From Antedon mediterranea (taxonomy: Eukaryota > Animalia > Echinodermata), in assembly GCF_964355755.1 (NCBI RefSeq), contig NC_092672.1, positions 31,998,437 to 32,062,436 on the forward strand: 64,000 nucleotides of DNA, written 5' to 3'. The notes under the pieces were generated by a model, which worked only from the letters and a program-made list of their open reading frames with translations, did no database searches and was not told where the DNA came from. A program made the position numbers and the translations under genes. How positions within the stretch are numbered: position 1 is the stretch's first letter; each line of letters begins with the position of its first letter. Positions 51,701 through 63,988 of the stretch are shown piece by piece.

Positions 51701-51905
51701 TTGACATGAATTAATTCATACATCATACTTTGATAGCTTACACATTTATTCACACACCGCCAAGTCGATGACCAACCGATGTTTGAACGTTGACATAATA
51801 AATGAACATAATTATACAATAAAATTAATTTATAAAAATTCTACATTCCTAAAGATTGGCAATAAATTGCACTATCTAATCAATGATAGTTCATTATCCC
51901 ATGCA

Positions 51906-54900
51906 TTAGTGCATGTTCTTGTATTTCCTCATATGCGATGCAATACTACCGGCTATTTCATCTTGCAACTTGTTTTGGCCGTAATAATCTATAAACTGAC
52001 CATCCGGGTCAAGAAGGTACATGATGATTGTATGGTCAACCTGAGAAAAAAATTATTTAGAATTATCTCATTTACTTTTTATATACATGTATCAGTATTA
52101 TATCAGACCTGATTTACACTTACGATTTATACTCACTCCTGAGGACGATCAAAGTATATTAATCGAAACGTCGAGAAACTCAACAGTTCTTTTCAGAACT
52201 AATATACGTGATGTACCCGCCGCAAACTTTATATCAATATTTCATTTGAGTTAGTATATTTCCCCGACATTTCAACTGATTTTCCGTATCACGTTAATGT
52301 ACTATGCAATTTACCACTTGGCTACTACTGTAGCACCCTCTATGTTTAGCTGTATTATATTAAAATATAGCACCCTCTATGGTTTGGTCACACAGTTTTC
52401 TGATATTTCATTTTTCAAGTTTGAAGTAAAGTACCTCTAACAACAGGATGCTGAGCTCTGAAGATCTAAGGGTTTATCTGTGGCTGCAACACAATCGGTT
52501 TAACAGACACCGTATGCCGTGGGGGAATATGTACATAGTACAGTACTGTTGGTATTTGTTGCAGCCAGACATAAAATCAAAGGACTGCTACGAGTTCCTA
52601 TCTTTGCAAGATGAGCTTAGTGTCCTGTTGTTAGATTGCCTTAATTGTACTAATTAGTTACTTGCTCTTCATTGTTATTAATAACTTACAATGTAATCAT
52701 TGTCCTCATCTTTAGGCCCCTGACTGAAATAAACTCTGAAGTTCTTCGCTGCTTCTTTCACCTGTTCATTTGTTCCAGTTAAACCAATAAATTTTGGGCT
52801 AAATTCTAGAAAAAAATGAAAAATATAATTATTTTATTAATTACAGAATTTTTAGACAGGAACTTCAGATAACAAAACTGTTAAGGAAACACTTTTAGGA
52901 CTCAAAATCAATTTGCTTTTAAAGGTTGTTGTTGTTAAAACATACCCTCATTTCATCAAGAAAGTGTCCCCTTAATAGCGTTGTTGTTCCAAAGGAGTCG
53001 TTTTACTGTATTTAATGTTTTGTTTCTAATTTATCATATAGTCAATGTTATCTCAGAAGCATGATGAACGTATTGTTTGATGTGATCTGACCTTTGACAT
53101 AAGCAGCAATTGTTTTGATATCATCCCTCTCTGGATCAATTGTAATAAACAGCGGAACGACATTTGGTAAATTGCGACTCTCATCTGTAAACAAAATTAT
53201 GATATTGAACTGATATTATACTAAGAAAGCTAGTAACTATTAGTTACAGTCCCAAACTAGTATTAGTTAAAGTCTGTAACTATTAGTTATAGCCTCAAAC
53301 TATTAGTTAAAGTCACTAACTATTAGTTACCGCCACAAACTATTAGTTACAGTCACTAACTATTAGTTACAACCCCAAACTATTAGTTACAGCCCCAAAC
53401 TAGTAGTTATCAGTAACTATTAGTTACAGCTCCAAACTATTAGTTTAAGTCACTAACTATTAGTTACAGCTCCAATCTATTAGTTACAGCCCTAAAGTAT
53501 TAGTTACAGCCCTAAACTATTAGTTACAGCCTTAAATTATTAGTTAAAGTCAGTAACTATTAGTTACAGCTCCAAACTATCAGTTAAAGTCACTAACTAT
53601 TAGTTACAGCCTAAACTTTTAGTTAAAGTCACTAACTATGATGATTGAACGAGCACTTTATGAATACTGTATAATAACAAGTTTTATTTCGGTTATGCTT
53701 TATTGATCGTAGTACATACCAATTTTATTTACAACATCCACCATCTTCTCTAGTTCATCAGGACAGATGTCAGGACAATGAGTGAAGCCAAAGTACAATA
53801 GTACCCATTGGCCAAGGTAATCTTTGTTTGTCTTTGGATTTCCTTCATGATCAACCAATGAGAACGGCCCTCCTATAGCCGCTTTACCAAGAGATCTTGA
53901 TCGTTCCTTTTCAAGAGCTGAAATTGATTATTTGTAATAATAATTCTAAATAACTTAACTTTAACTACAGTTTGTTTAAGTTCTAGCAACATTACACAAA
54001 CCAAATATTGTTAATAGCACAGATTTACATTTAGGAATAGCAGCTTCAGTGGCCACCCCAATTTCTAAATCTTATTTATTTATATTCGACCTCACCTAAT
54101 TCTTTTTGATGTTTGAAATATTTAAATCCACCAATCGCTACTCCTCCCAGTGCACATGTGACTAAAAGCGACTTCCATGTAATAGGCTGCAGTAAAATAA
54201 TATAAAATGAGTATGTTATTATTTGATTACTGTGTATGTAATTGAAAAACTTCAACTGGAGTATCACTCGAGGTCAAGGTGTAGATAGAGGTTGAGGAGG
54301 GGAGAGCTATTCAAAAATAGAGATTAGAGCTTCGAGAAGGATTTAGAAATACTGGTCGCAGTTGTGGAGTATGGAAGGATATTCCTTGATCTTGATAATG
54401 TAATAATTGATAATTGCATTGATTAACTAACTACCAGAGATCATTCTCAAATTGTATTTTTACCTACTACTATATTTTGTAGTAGTAATTGTAATAATAT
54501 TTATTCAAATTCAGTTTACCCCTCTTGATTTAGTTTGACTTGATTTTGAACTGTTTAGTCTAACTGTCATTTCACCATGACATCTTACTCGGCATATGGA
54601 ACTGTTCCAAAACTGCTGCTGCAGCAGCACAACAGCAGAATTTTGAAACTTTGAAAACTTTAACTGAAAATAAAACAAATGAATGTAATACATACATAAT
54701 AATAGCCTGCTAATATTTTAGCCGGATAGTTTAGGCCTATTCAATCAGAATTTGATTTAATTTAATTTTTTCATTTTTAGGCTTAGGCCTACCTACCCAG
54801 GCATAACGCCACACTTACATCATAATCGTCAGTCCAAACACTTAATTTAACATGCGTCATGTCAGTTGGGAGGGAGGCTAGCTATGATTACCTGTTAGCC

Positions 54901-54980
54901 TGGGCTTATCTAAGGCTAGAATTTATTAATTGGCTAATTATTGGCTTTTTAATATTATATAAAAATTAAATGCATACCAT
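51906..54980 (-). CDS. SCO1: SCO1/SCO2-family mitochondrial copper chaperone for cytochrome c oxidase
   Basis: Exons 54980-54978 (ATG only, tentative), 54663-54520 (targeting-peptide-like), 54186-54096 (PITWKSL plus TM helix), 53917-53720 (GGPFSL...[15 protein letters not shown]), 53184-53092 (FITIDPERD), 52805-52690 and 52040-51906 ([14 protein letters not shown]). Confidence 0.93.
52136..52175 (+). ncRNA. Minimal type I hammerhead ribozyme motif, Penelope-like retroelement remnant
   Basis: CTC-CTGAGGA-C-GAT(C)...(A)ATC-GAAACGTC-GAG: conserved CUGANGA and GAAA core, GUC cleavage triplet, 3-bp stem I, loop-less palindromic stem III. Confidence 0.55.
53232..53640. repeat. 20-bp minisatellite in a SCO intron
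   Basis: AACTATTAGTTAMAGYCMCW, about 20 copies. Confidence 0.95.
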
Positions 54981-55290
54981 TTTTATTATTTAAAAAACTA
55001 TTTAGACCAAAACAATTACATTTCCTTCACACACGAGATTAGAGCGTGTAAGCTGCCATTTTGTTTACATTTGTCCACCTAACTCGCTCATTATTATAAA
55101 GTGAATTAATTTGTAGGATACACGATATGTTTTAACTGATTAATATAAAGCATATTTGAATTTTATCATAATATATAATGTAAATTAACATGCTATGTTA
55201 TTTTAGTTATTATAAAATATGTTTTTTTCTAATTAGCAACGTGTCTAGGGCGCCTATCTTTGTACAAATAATTCTTTCTCAGTAGACAAC

Positions 55291-57795
55291 ATGGCAGCCA
55301 CCAGACAAAAGCTGTCCCCTTTTGAAATGAACTTGCGAATGCTGAAAGAAGAGTTATCTAAACAAGATCCCGTGATTTTGAGCATTGTAGTTGCTGTAGC
55401 AGTAGTTTTACTAACCATAGGTATATTTTTGTTTTTCAATTTGTTTTAAATTTGAGTAATTTTTGGATTATAGAACATTTCATATGCCTGTCGCCTCTCT
55501 CTGTCTGGTATGTACATCACGTCGCACGTGTGTTCCCTGTTTGCCTGGTCATTTCGCCCTGTTTTCTATATACTCATTACACGACGGGCCGTATTACAGC
55601 AAGTGTATATATTATAATGTGTGCTACATATTTTCATAATACTTATATCTTTTTATGACATATTTCATTGTGAATTCTTTACATTAAATTGCATCGATTT
55701 AATCAATAATATTTTAATAATATATATATTTATTATTTTTTAATAAACAAAATATGAATAAATAAAAGCCAATAATGTGTTATGATAAAACATTAGTTAA
55801 AAAAAATATTTGTTTAGTTATTTACAAGTTGGTGGCTCGTGGAAAAGGAGGAAGAAATGCTGTTTTACTTGTTGGACTGTCTGGTTCTGGAAAAACTCTT
55901 TTGTTTTCAAGGGTAAAATTAATTTTATGAAATTAATTTTATGAAATTATTAGATGATACTGCATTAATAATATGCATTTTATGTCATTTCAAGAGGGAA
56001 GATTGCTCAAACCCTCTGGATCCAAGTCTGATAACAATGTGTGGCCACACATGCCTAGTCTATCAAAAATAGATATCAAAAAGTAATTTATAATCTTTTA
56101 ACCATCAATTAACTAGCCCCCCCCCCCCTCCCCACCTGATAACCATGTAACCACATATTCTGTATTGTATTATTATTTTATTACAGCTACTGTTTAACAA
56201 AGGTGCTTCAACATTTACATCAATAAAAGAAAATGTTGGAAGCTACGTCACTCTGAATAAGAAGACAATAAATGTTGTGGACATACCTGGAAATGTCCGA
56301 CAAAGACAGCAATACTTAGACCAGTACCAAACACAAGCAAGGTTAGTGGTTATGCCCTTATTAGCAATGATGTAACATTAGTAGCCTAGTCTAAACAGGG
56401 AGTTGTAAAATATTTCGTTATGTCTAAAGATACGGTACCGTATCCATACTTTTAAAAACTAAAGGTACGGTAATTATAGAGGGCGCTATGTAATGTGGAT
56501 GTTAATCAAATAGGTTATTGCATTGGTTTTCTGCAAGCCAGCTGTGTAGCCTAGTGGACATGTGATGAGGCTTTGGCTTAAGGGGTTGGGGGTTCGATAC
56601 TCTTCTTGACGTCTTTTTTTTATTTATTTTTTTAGTTTTTAATTTAAGAGAGATTATTTAAAGGGTTAGGTTTTTAATATTTAGGAAGGAGTTTAATATT
56701 TAGGAACGAGTTTAATATTTAGGAACGAGTTTTATATTTAGGAACGAGTTTTATATTTAGGTACGAGTTTTAGGAATGCAATTTACCGTACTTTTAGCAA
56801 ACGGAAGCGCCCTCTATAATTACCGTATCTTTAGCAACGGCGATAATATTTTACGACTCCCTATCTAAAGCTCTGTTTACACTATCAAACTTTATGTAAC
56901 AAAAAAATGTGATGTGCACATATATGGACATGATGATGTCATATCACTACCATATTTGGGCATATCACTGCCATATTTAGGCACTTTTTTTTGTAAAACT
57001 AGTTTGATGGTGTAGACAGAGCTTAATGGATATACCTGGAAACGTAAAATGAAATATCATCTATTTCCCATGATGGCAATAATTATAATGTTATTATTTT
57101 ATTATTTTCAGAGGATTAGTGTTTGTGATCGATAGTGCCACGTTTCAGAAAGAAGTAAAAGAAGTTGCTGAATATTTATACAATATATTGAGCGATGCAA
57201 TTATATATAAGATGTCACCGAAACTGCTGGTGATGTGTAACAAACAGGACATTACTCTGTCAAAATCTTCTAACGTTATCAAGACGCAACTTGAAAAAGA
57301 AATGTAAGTTCCAACAATAAATATATATATAACATAAACATCAAAGGCACAGAATAAATAAAGAATAATAAACAATAAAGATGAGGAAATCTGTAAGAAT
57401 AATAAAAAGTCGCCCCAACCGAGATTCAAACCCGGAACCTTGTGTTAGACCACTGGGCCTTTCATGGTATTCTTCAAAGCCGATAGGGACTCTCGGAGTG
57501 GTACTGATTTCAATAGACCATTTAGAAAACTGTTCACCGCATTAATTTCTCATGAATATTCATTTTCTATTTCCGCAGAAACACTGTTCGTAAGACTAAA
57601 GCAGCAGCTCTTGGCAGCACTGATGATTCCAGCTCTTCTTCAGGGGTGTTCCTTGGCAAGAAGGATAAACCATTTGAATTTGCTCATTTGTCAAAGTATA
57701 AAGTTGAATTTGTAGAGTGTAGCGCTAAACCAGAAGCCGACGAGGAGGAACCAGAGATTGGACCCCTTCAAGAATGGCTGGCTAGTAGAGTGTGA
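55291..57795 (+). CDS. SRPRB: Signal recognition particle receptor subunit beta
   Basis: Exons 55291-55420 (TM anchor), 55818-55912 (P-loop GLSGSGKT), 56187-56341 (DIPG), 57112-57303 (FVIDS...EVAEYLY...CNKQD) and 57579-57795 (FLGKKDKPFEF...EFVECSA). Confidence 0.95.
56396..56863. mobile_element. TIR element with tRNA-like core and 19-bp internal repeats
   Basis: AGGGAGTTGTAAAATATT / AATATTTTACGACTCCCT termini, inner IR GTAATTATAGAGGGCGCT, A-box TAGCCTAGTGG and B-box GGTTCGATAC near 56547-56600. Confidence 0.65.
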
Positions 57796-59587
57796 ATTTG
57801 TTTAAATTTATCAAAAATAAATAATATAAAATACACAATATTTGTAAGATCAGTGTTCAAGTTTTAGTGTTTTCGACTTAAAATTGAAAACAATTTTTGG
57901 GCCAGTTACAATACCATTGTTATATCAAGGCAATCTAACAACAGGACACTGAGTCCGTCTTGCCAAGATAGGAACTTGTAACAGTCCTTTGATCTTATGT
58001 CTGGCTGCAACAAATATCAACAATACTGTACTATGTATATATTCTCTGCGGTGCTCGGTATCTGTTAAGGGATTCGTGGAACTGATCGTGTCGTAGTCAA
58101 AGATGAACATGTTGATCTCCGGAGCTCTGAGCATCTTGTTAGATTACCTTGGTTATATACAGTATATATATAAAATATACAAATAATATAAGTATTATAT
58201 AAGCTTTTTTTGCACACAATGTTCTATTGATATCCACATAAGGAAAGCAATGATTTAAATGAAATACCAGGCCCGCATTTATGGTTACAGCATTCAATGG
58301 ACACTTTCCAGTGAAAACAACGTTCACATTACGGCCAACCCATATTTATGGAAAACACTAATATTAAGACACTTTGCTGGTTCCGGAAGGTGTCCCCTTA
58401 ATAGGTCTGTATTTGGTAGCATTGACCAATTCGACACTTTATTAGTATTGCTACTTAAATGAATGGAATTGATTAAATTCTAACTTGAGGTATAAACTGT
58501 TTGTGTATTTATTTTTAGCGTCTCATTGTGGTCGCCGCTAAATCGTTTGTACGCCGCCGCGCGTACTGAAAACGTTAGCGTATTAACAGTTGACAAGCAT
58601 AATGTATATTGCCTAAATATAAATTGTTTTTTAAATAAATTAATTAAAAGTTGCATGACTCCATTGGAGTGTTTGTACAAAAAAAATTGAAATATTTAAA
58701 ATTCGCGGGAAAATTATAATTTATCGGGCGATCGACGCTTCGTAATTAATGTTCGGAACCATCTTAACAAACTGATTTTGTAAAAATTATAGGCTATATT
58801 GAAAACCGTTAATTTTGCACGAGATTTTGCATGTGATTTTAAGAATGTTATTTTCGCACAGGAATTTGTTATACTTCTGTTTTACTTATTGAGCAATGAC
58901 ATCGCGACGTATACAGACCTAATTCGTATAATGGAAATACCATCTTAAATTTCGTTACATATCGAAGGTGCTGGAGTGCAACGAACTTATTTTTTACTCC
59001 TTACCGATGTTTCTCCCGAGGCATATTGTCGATAATTAAAATCCCAGAAAATTATACAAAACTTAATATTATTTTTTATCAAATTTCACTGACTTATGAT
59101 CTTATTATATTGTGGACGTGTGACGTTTTTTAAAAGGAATTTAAATAAAATTTTAATAACTTCGTTTATTTCACGGTTTTACCAACTTACGTCACGTCAA
59201 ATTTCATACTCTATTGCGTGCAGTGGTTATGCAGGTATTCTTTTCAGTTATTGCGGCATAAAGTTAATATTATTATAAACGTGTTTCTATAACCAGGAAA
59301 TGTAGATTAGGTAAATTTTCTTCGGAAATGATATTGCTCATAAAATATATACAACACACGGAATGGAACTTAACTCGACAACTTTCGGGTCGTCGGTTGG
59401 TTGTGCAATACTTGACTGTAGGCTACTCTGTGGGTGTCAACAAACAGAGTCAGCTGATCGATAGGAGACTTACAGTATAGAACGGAGTTGTCTATTGTTT
59501 ATAATGCTATAGGTCAGTGACAGTGGGCCTATCATTTTATCACTATCCAAAGTCTACTGCTTCTATTGTGTACGTGATTGTTGTCAG

Positions 59588-60295
59588 CACGTGATTCTTG
59601 CTGTACATTTCGTCTTTAATTCGCGTTGACATTTTATTTTAATCGTTCGGTCGCTTTATTACCGATTTTGAAGAAAAGGAACCTGACGTCTTTCCTCCCT
59701 GCACACGTGATCACAAGGAATACCCGTTTCCATGGTAATTTTAGTAAAAGTACGATAATTATAATTGTCTCACGTGAGCGGGATAGACTTTTAGTGGTCG
59801 GTAGTTACTAATCAGTCACGTGAACGGGACTTCGCTTCGATTGTTCTCTCAAGTCAGAAGCTAACGAAAGGACTGTTGTTGGAATAGTGTTTACAATAGT
59901 GACAGGATCAGTAAATATATTATAGTCTTTGAAAGTATCGGTTCCAAAAGCGGTAGTACTTGTTATGTACATTTAAAGGTAATATTCTAACACTGAAAGC
60001 TGGTTTGACTTTTAGTCGGTTGAACCGGTCCTTTAATAAATCAACTCGGGCACTATATATATAGTAGGCCTATATATGTTATTGCATGGCTGAGATTACT
60101 AACAATTAAATAGGTCATTAACTGATCAAATTAAGTTAAGATTTACACTGTCATGCCTTCTTAAAAACCGTCCATTGTCTGTACTATTATGGAGAAAGTA
60201 AATTCGCCATTATTATATAGAAATTTAGGGTACAGTATATTTATTGACCATTATTTTATAGGCCTACTCCAATCAAGTATAGTATCCCACGTGAC
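59588..60295. promoter_or_regulatory. E-box (CACGTGA) cluster at the probable promoter of the cationic amino acid transporter
   Basis: CACGTG at 59588, 59704, 59771, 59817, 60288, each followed by A; candidate donor AAG/GTAATA near 59978. Confidence 0.55.
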
Positions 60296-61241
60296 CATTA
60301 AGTACCTTTAAGTGTAAAACCAGCACTTGATATATGCATTCAGTGACTAATTAATTCATACATACCAAGTTCAATATTGTAAGAAGCAGTTACAGTATTT
60401 TATTGTTGTTGTTGAATACCAGTTAGAATGTTCAATTGACATTATTTATATCGTGAGGCCGCTTTTGATGATCAGTAACAAAATTTTATTTGTATTTTTA
60501 GGCCATGTGTTTTCATTGTTAATGTTAATGAATGCATGGACTCAACAATGAAAATGAATACTAATTAAAAATGCAGTGTCACCTTGTATAATTGTCCTCG
60601 GAGGAGGTTTAATTACAACGAAGGCCTTGTACTATGTGTAAATACACCATGGCCATCGGAAAATAAAAACTAACTATTAAATTCAAGTACATCGTATTTA
60701 TGATATTTAGGCCTATCCTACGTTTAAAGATTCATTTTTTTATCCAATGAAAAATATACTATTAGGCCTATCAGCCCTGATTATGCATGGGTCTAAAATA
60801 CAGGATATTCAACCTTTTAATGAGTATAAAAGAGGAACCGTGAAGCCTACGCCTACGTCGTGGACGTTAATTCCTTATCGACATACTTATACATAGCATT
60901 TGATTCAGGTCCGGTAAACCGAACTGCACCACTTCCCCACGAGGGCGCATTTAAAGAAGTCTCTGCTTTGATAACTAAATGGCTGAACTTGAAATAGTTT
61001 AGTAGGCCTACACCTGTTTACACCAATATTCAAATTAGGTTGTTGACGTATGAGTTCAAAATTTCAAATCGAATAGAAAAACATGGAACAGGTTTAATAC
61101 TGGTAACGTCGCTTCGTATGGTATGAAAGCTTGGCAACAACATCGGCCTCCCTATTTAAGTCATTATTAATTAATCATAACATCATTTTCATTCTATCAG
61201 GTACTGTAGTCTCAAACATTTGGTCACTTCGAACACACAAC

Positions 61242-63988
61242 ATGACGATATTAAACTTTTTCTCGCCGCTGTTTCGTAAGAAGCACTTTGCTAAACAAGA
61301 TGTGTCGAAGACAGAACTAAAGCGTTGCCTGACGACGGTGGATCTAACTTTTCTGGGCATTGGAAGTACGCTAGGAGCGGGGGCATATATTCTCAGTGGA
61401 CAGGTAGCTAAGGAAAAGGCTGGACCAGCTGTCGTACTCTCCTTTTTAGTTGCAGCAGTAGCGTCACTTTTAGCAGGTATGTTTGTACAGGTTATTTTTT
61501 ATAGTTTTAATAGTTTGTCAGCAAGTAGTCACTATGACGTCACATGTGGTGCCATGAAACTATAAATACAATGGTCCTGGTAATAGTAGTGACGATATCA
61601 GTTTGTGGTAGTGTTAAATATGAATGCAATAATTAATCATCAATTTAAATTCGTTTTATTTAGGTTTATGTTACGCCGAGTTTGGTGCACGCGTTCCCCG
61701 CACAGGATCTGCTTACGTTTACAGTTACGTCACAGTTGGCGAAATATGGGCGTTTGTGATCGGTTGGAATCTTATACTTGAATACGTAATAGGTAAAGAA
61801 CATTTATTTAATTAATACAACAATAATTGCATTTATATTTACTCATGTCGGTTAGTTCTACCAAGTCACTGTGATTGAGTCTGGTGTACGACAGACTACC
61901 TATAGGCCTACGTTCACATTGATTTTTCTCTCTGCCCACAGACCAGCATCTGGGCTCAGTGTGAACGTAGTTTATTTTATTTTATTGTCTTGACAGGAAC
62001 GTCAAGTGTTGCTGCGGACCAGCACCAAAGCTCAATGTGAACGTAGCTTATACTCATTTATTTTATTCTCTTTGACAGGAACTTCAAGTGTTGCTAGGGC
62101 CTGGAGCGCGTACTTCGATACGTTAGTTGGTGGAAAGATTGAAGCTTTTACGTTAGAACATTTGAAGATTAACGTTTCATGGTTGGCGGACTACCCGGAT
62201 TTTCTTGCTTTTAGTATTTGTATTTTATTATCAAGTAAGTAAACTATATATATACACATATGTAGATGAATGTTGTAGGAATGATTCTTGTAGGGATCTT
62301 TTTCTTGCTTTGAGAGAGGACGCAGCATTTGTGACCGACAATGCCAAGCATAAACATCAAATCAATTTGTACAATCAAGTAATCGAAAATCAAACATACT
62401 TCTGACAACCAATGCGCACGTACGATGCATGACGTATAGGTCTATTCCTGAAGTCAGTCAAGTTTAAAAAAACAAACAAAAACGTACAGCACTAAAATAC
62501 TCCTGATTAATTTGATATTCTCTGTTTACAACAGTCTTGTTAGGAATTGGCGTGAAGGAATCTTCGCGGTTCAACACGATTTTCACAATAGTGAACCTCA
62601 TCGTCCTAACCTACGTCATCATCTGTGGGATGTTCAAAGCGGACACAGACAACTGGAAGATTCCAGAGGATGATGTGCCGCCAAAATATGGGGATGGTGG
62701 CTTCTTTCCGTATGGATTTTCGGGAATGATATCGGGAGCAGCGACTTGTTTCTATGGATTCGTAGGATTTGATTGTATTGCGACAACGGGTAAGAAATTA
62801 CGTACAAGTTCGTACAAATTTGACGACCTTACGTTACAGTGACCCCACCTAGGCGCTCTTAGTTTCTTTTGGGACACTCCTACTAAGAAGGACTTTGTTG
62901 GGTTCCGAAGGTCCCATTTCAAAGGGCACCTCTTTAAGCTCAGTTCTCACTAAAGCTTGGTTCCCACTAGCGACACAACGTAACGCAATTTACTCAACGT
63001 AAGCAAATTCCCTTCCAGTAATTGTGTTTGCCGCCGCCTGCGTGAAATCAAACCTGCGATTTATACAACACTGTTGCGTCGTGGGTTCCCACTCAATTTG
63101 CGTCAATAAGTCGTTGCGTTGCGTTCTAGTGGCAACCACGCTTTGGACGCAACGCAAAGACGTAAGCCACAACGCAAACGAATTTACCAATCAAAATCAA
63201 CATTTGAATAATCAATCGCCTTGATGCGCTGCGTCTTTAATGGGAAACAAGCTTTACCGACACGTTAGACGTCCAATTCCTAAGTCAGTTGTGTCTCCGT
63301 TAAGTTGAATTGCTATCCCCCTTGGTGATGGCCCGAGAGGTGTCATCAGCTCCATTAGTGGTTAAACCATTTTAGGCCAAAATAAAATAACCGGATTTAT
63401 AATTCACAGGTGAAGAAGCCAAGAACCCCCGACGAGCCATCCCGATCAGTATTGTGATATCACTGTTCTTTATATTCATCGCATACTTCGGCATTTCCAT
63501 GACCATAACGCTCATGTGCCCATACTTCCTTCTGGATGAGAAAGCACCGCTGCCATTCGTATTCGATTACGTCGGTTGGACTTCGGCAAAATACGTCATT
63601 TCCATCGGCGCTGTGTGTGCGCTGTCAACTAGGTGAGTTTTTTAATTAAAAAAGAGAGAAATTGAACGCTTTTTTGACGATCATGAAACACATGCAGTCC
63701 TAATAAAACGATCAAAGTATCACTCATTGTATGTCCGTTTAAATTGGCTCTTGATACCAACTTAGTCAGATATTAATAATAACTAAGCCAGAACGAGTTT
63801 ATTAAATACATTGAGTGCTAGCTAAATAGAGTTTTGTTTATCCTTTAGTTTGCTTGGAGCGATGTTTCCACTTCCTCGAGTTATCTACGCCATGGCTAGT
63901 GACGGCATCATATTTAGGTTCCTTGCTCGAATCAACAGCCGCACCAAGACACCTGTACTGGCTACTATTCTATCTGGAGTATTTGCAG
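61242..63988 (+). CDS. Cationic amino acid transporter (SLC7A1-4/CAT family), first six coding exons; 3' end is outside the window
   Basis: Exons 61242-61476, 61664-61792, 62079-62234, 62535-62789, 63410-63632, 63849-63988. [87 protein letters not shown]. Confidence 0.93.
62954..63253. mobile_element. Harbinger-like MITE family C
   Basis: TIR AGCTTGGTTCCCACT...TGGGAAACAAGCT with TAA/TTA flanks. Relatives at 26138-26260, about 1578 and about 28175. Confidence 0.75.

Noticed and set aside
35679-53640. CRISPR-like look of the 20-, 31- and 163-bp arrays
   Set aside because: Head-to-tail repeats without unique spacers, in eukaryotic introns, with no cas genes.
57026-57045. 19-nt near-copy of SRPRB exon 3 sequence (TGGATATACCTGGAAACGT)
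   Set aside because: Too short, no splice sites; at most a filler or repair scar next to MITE insertions.
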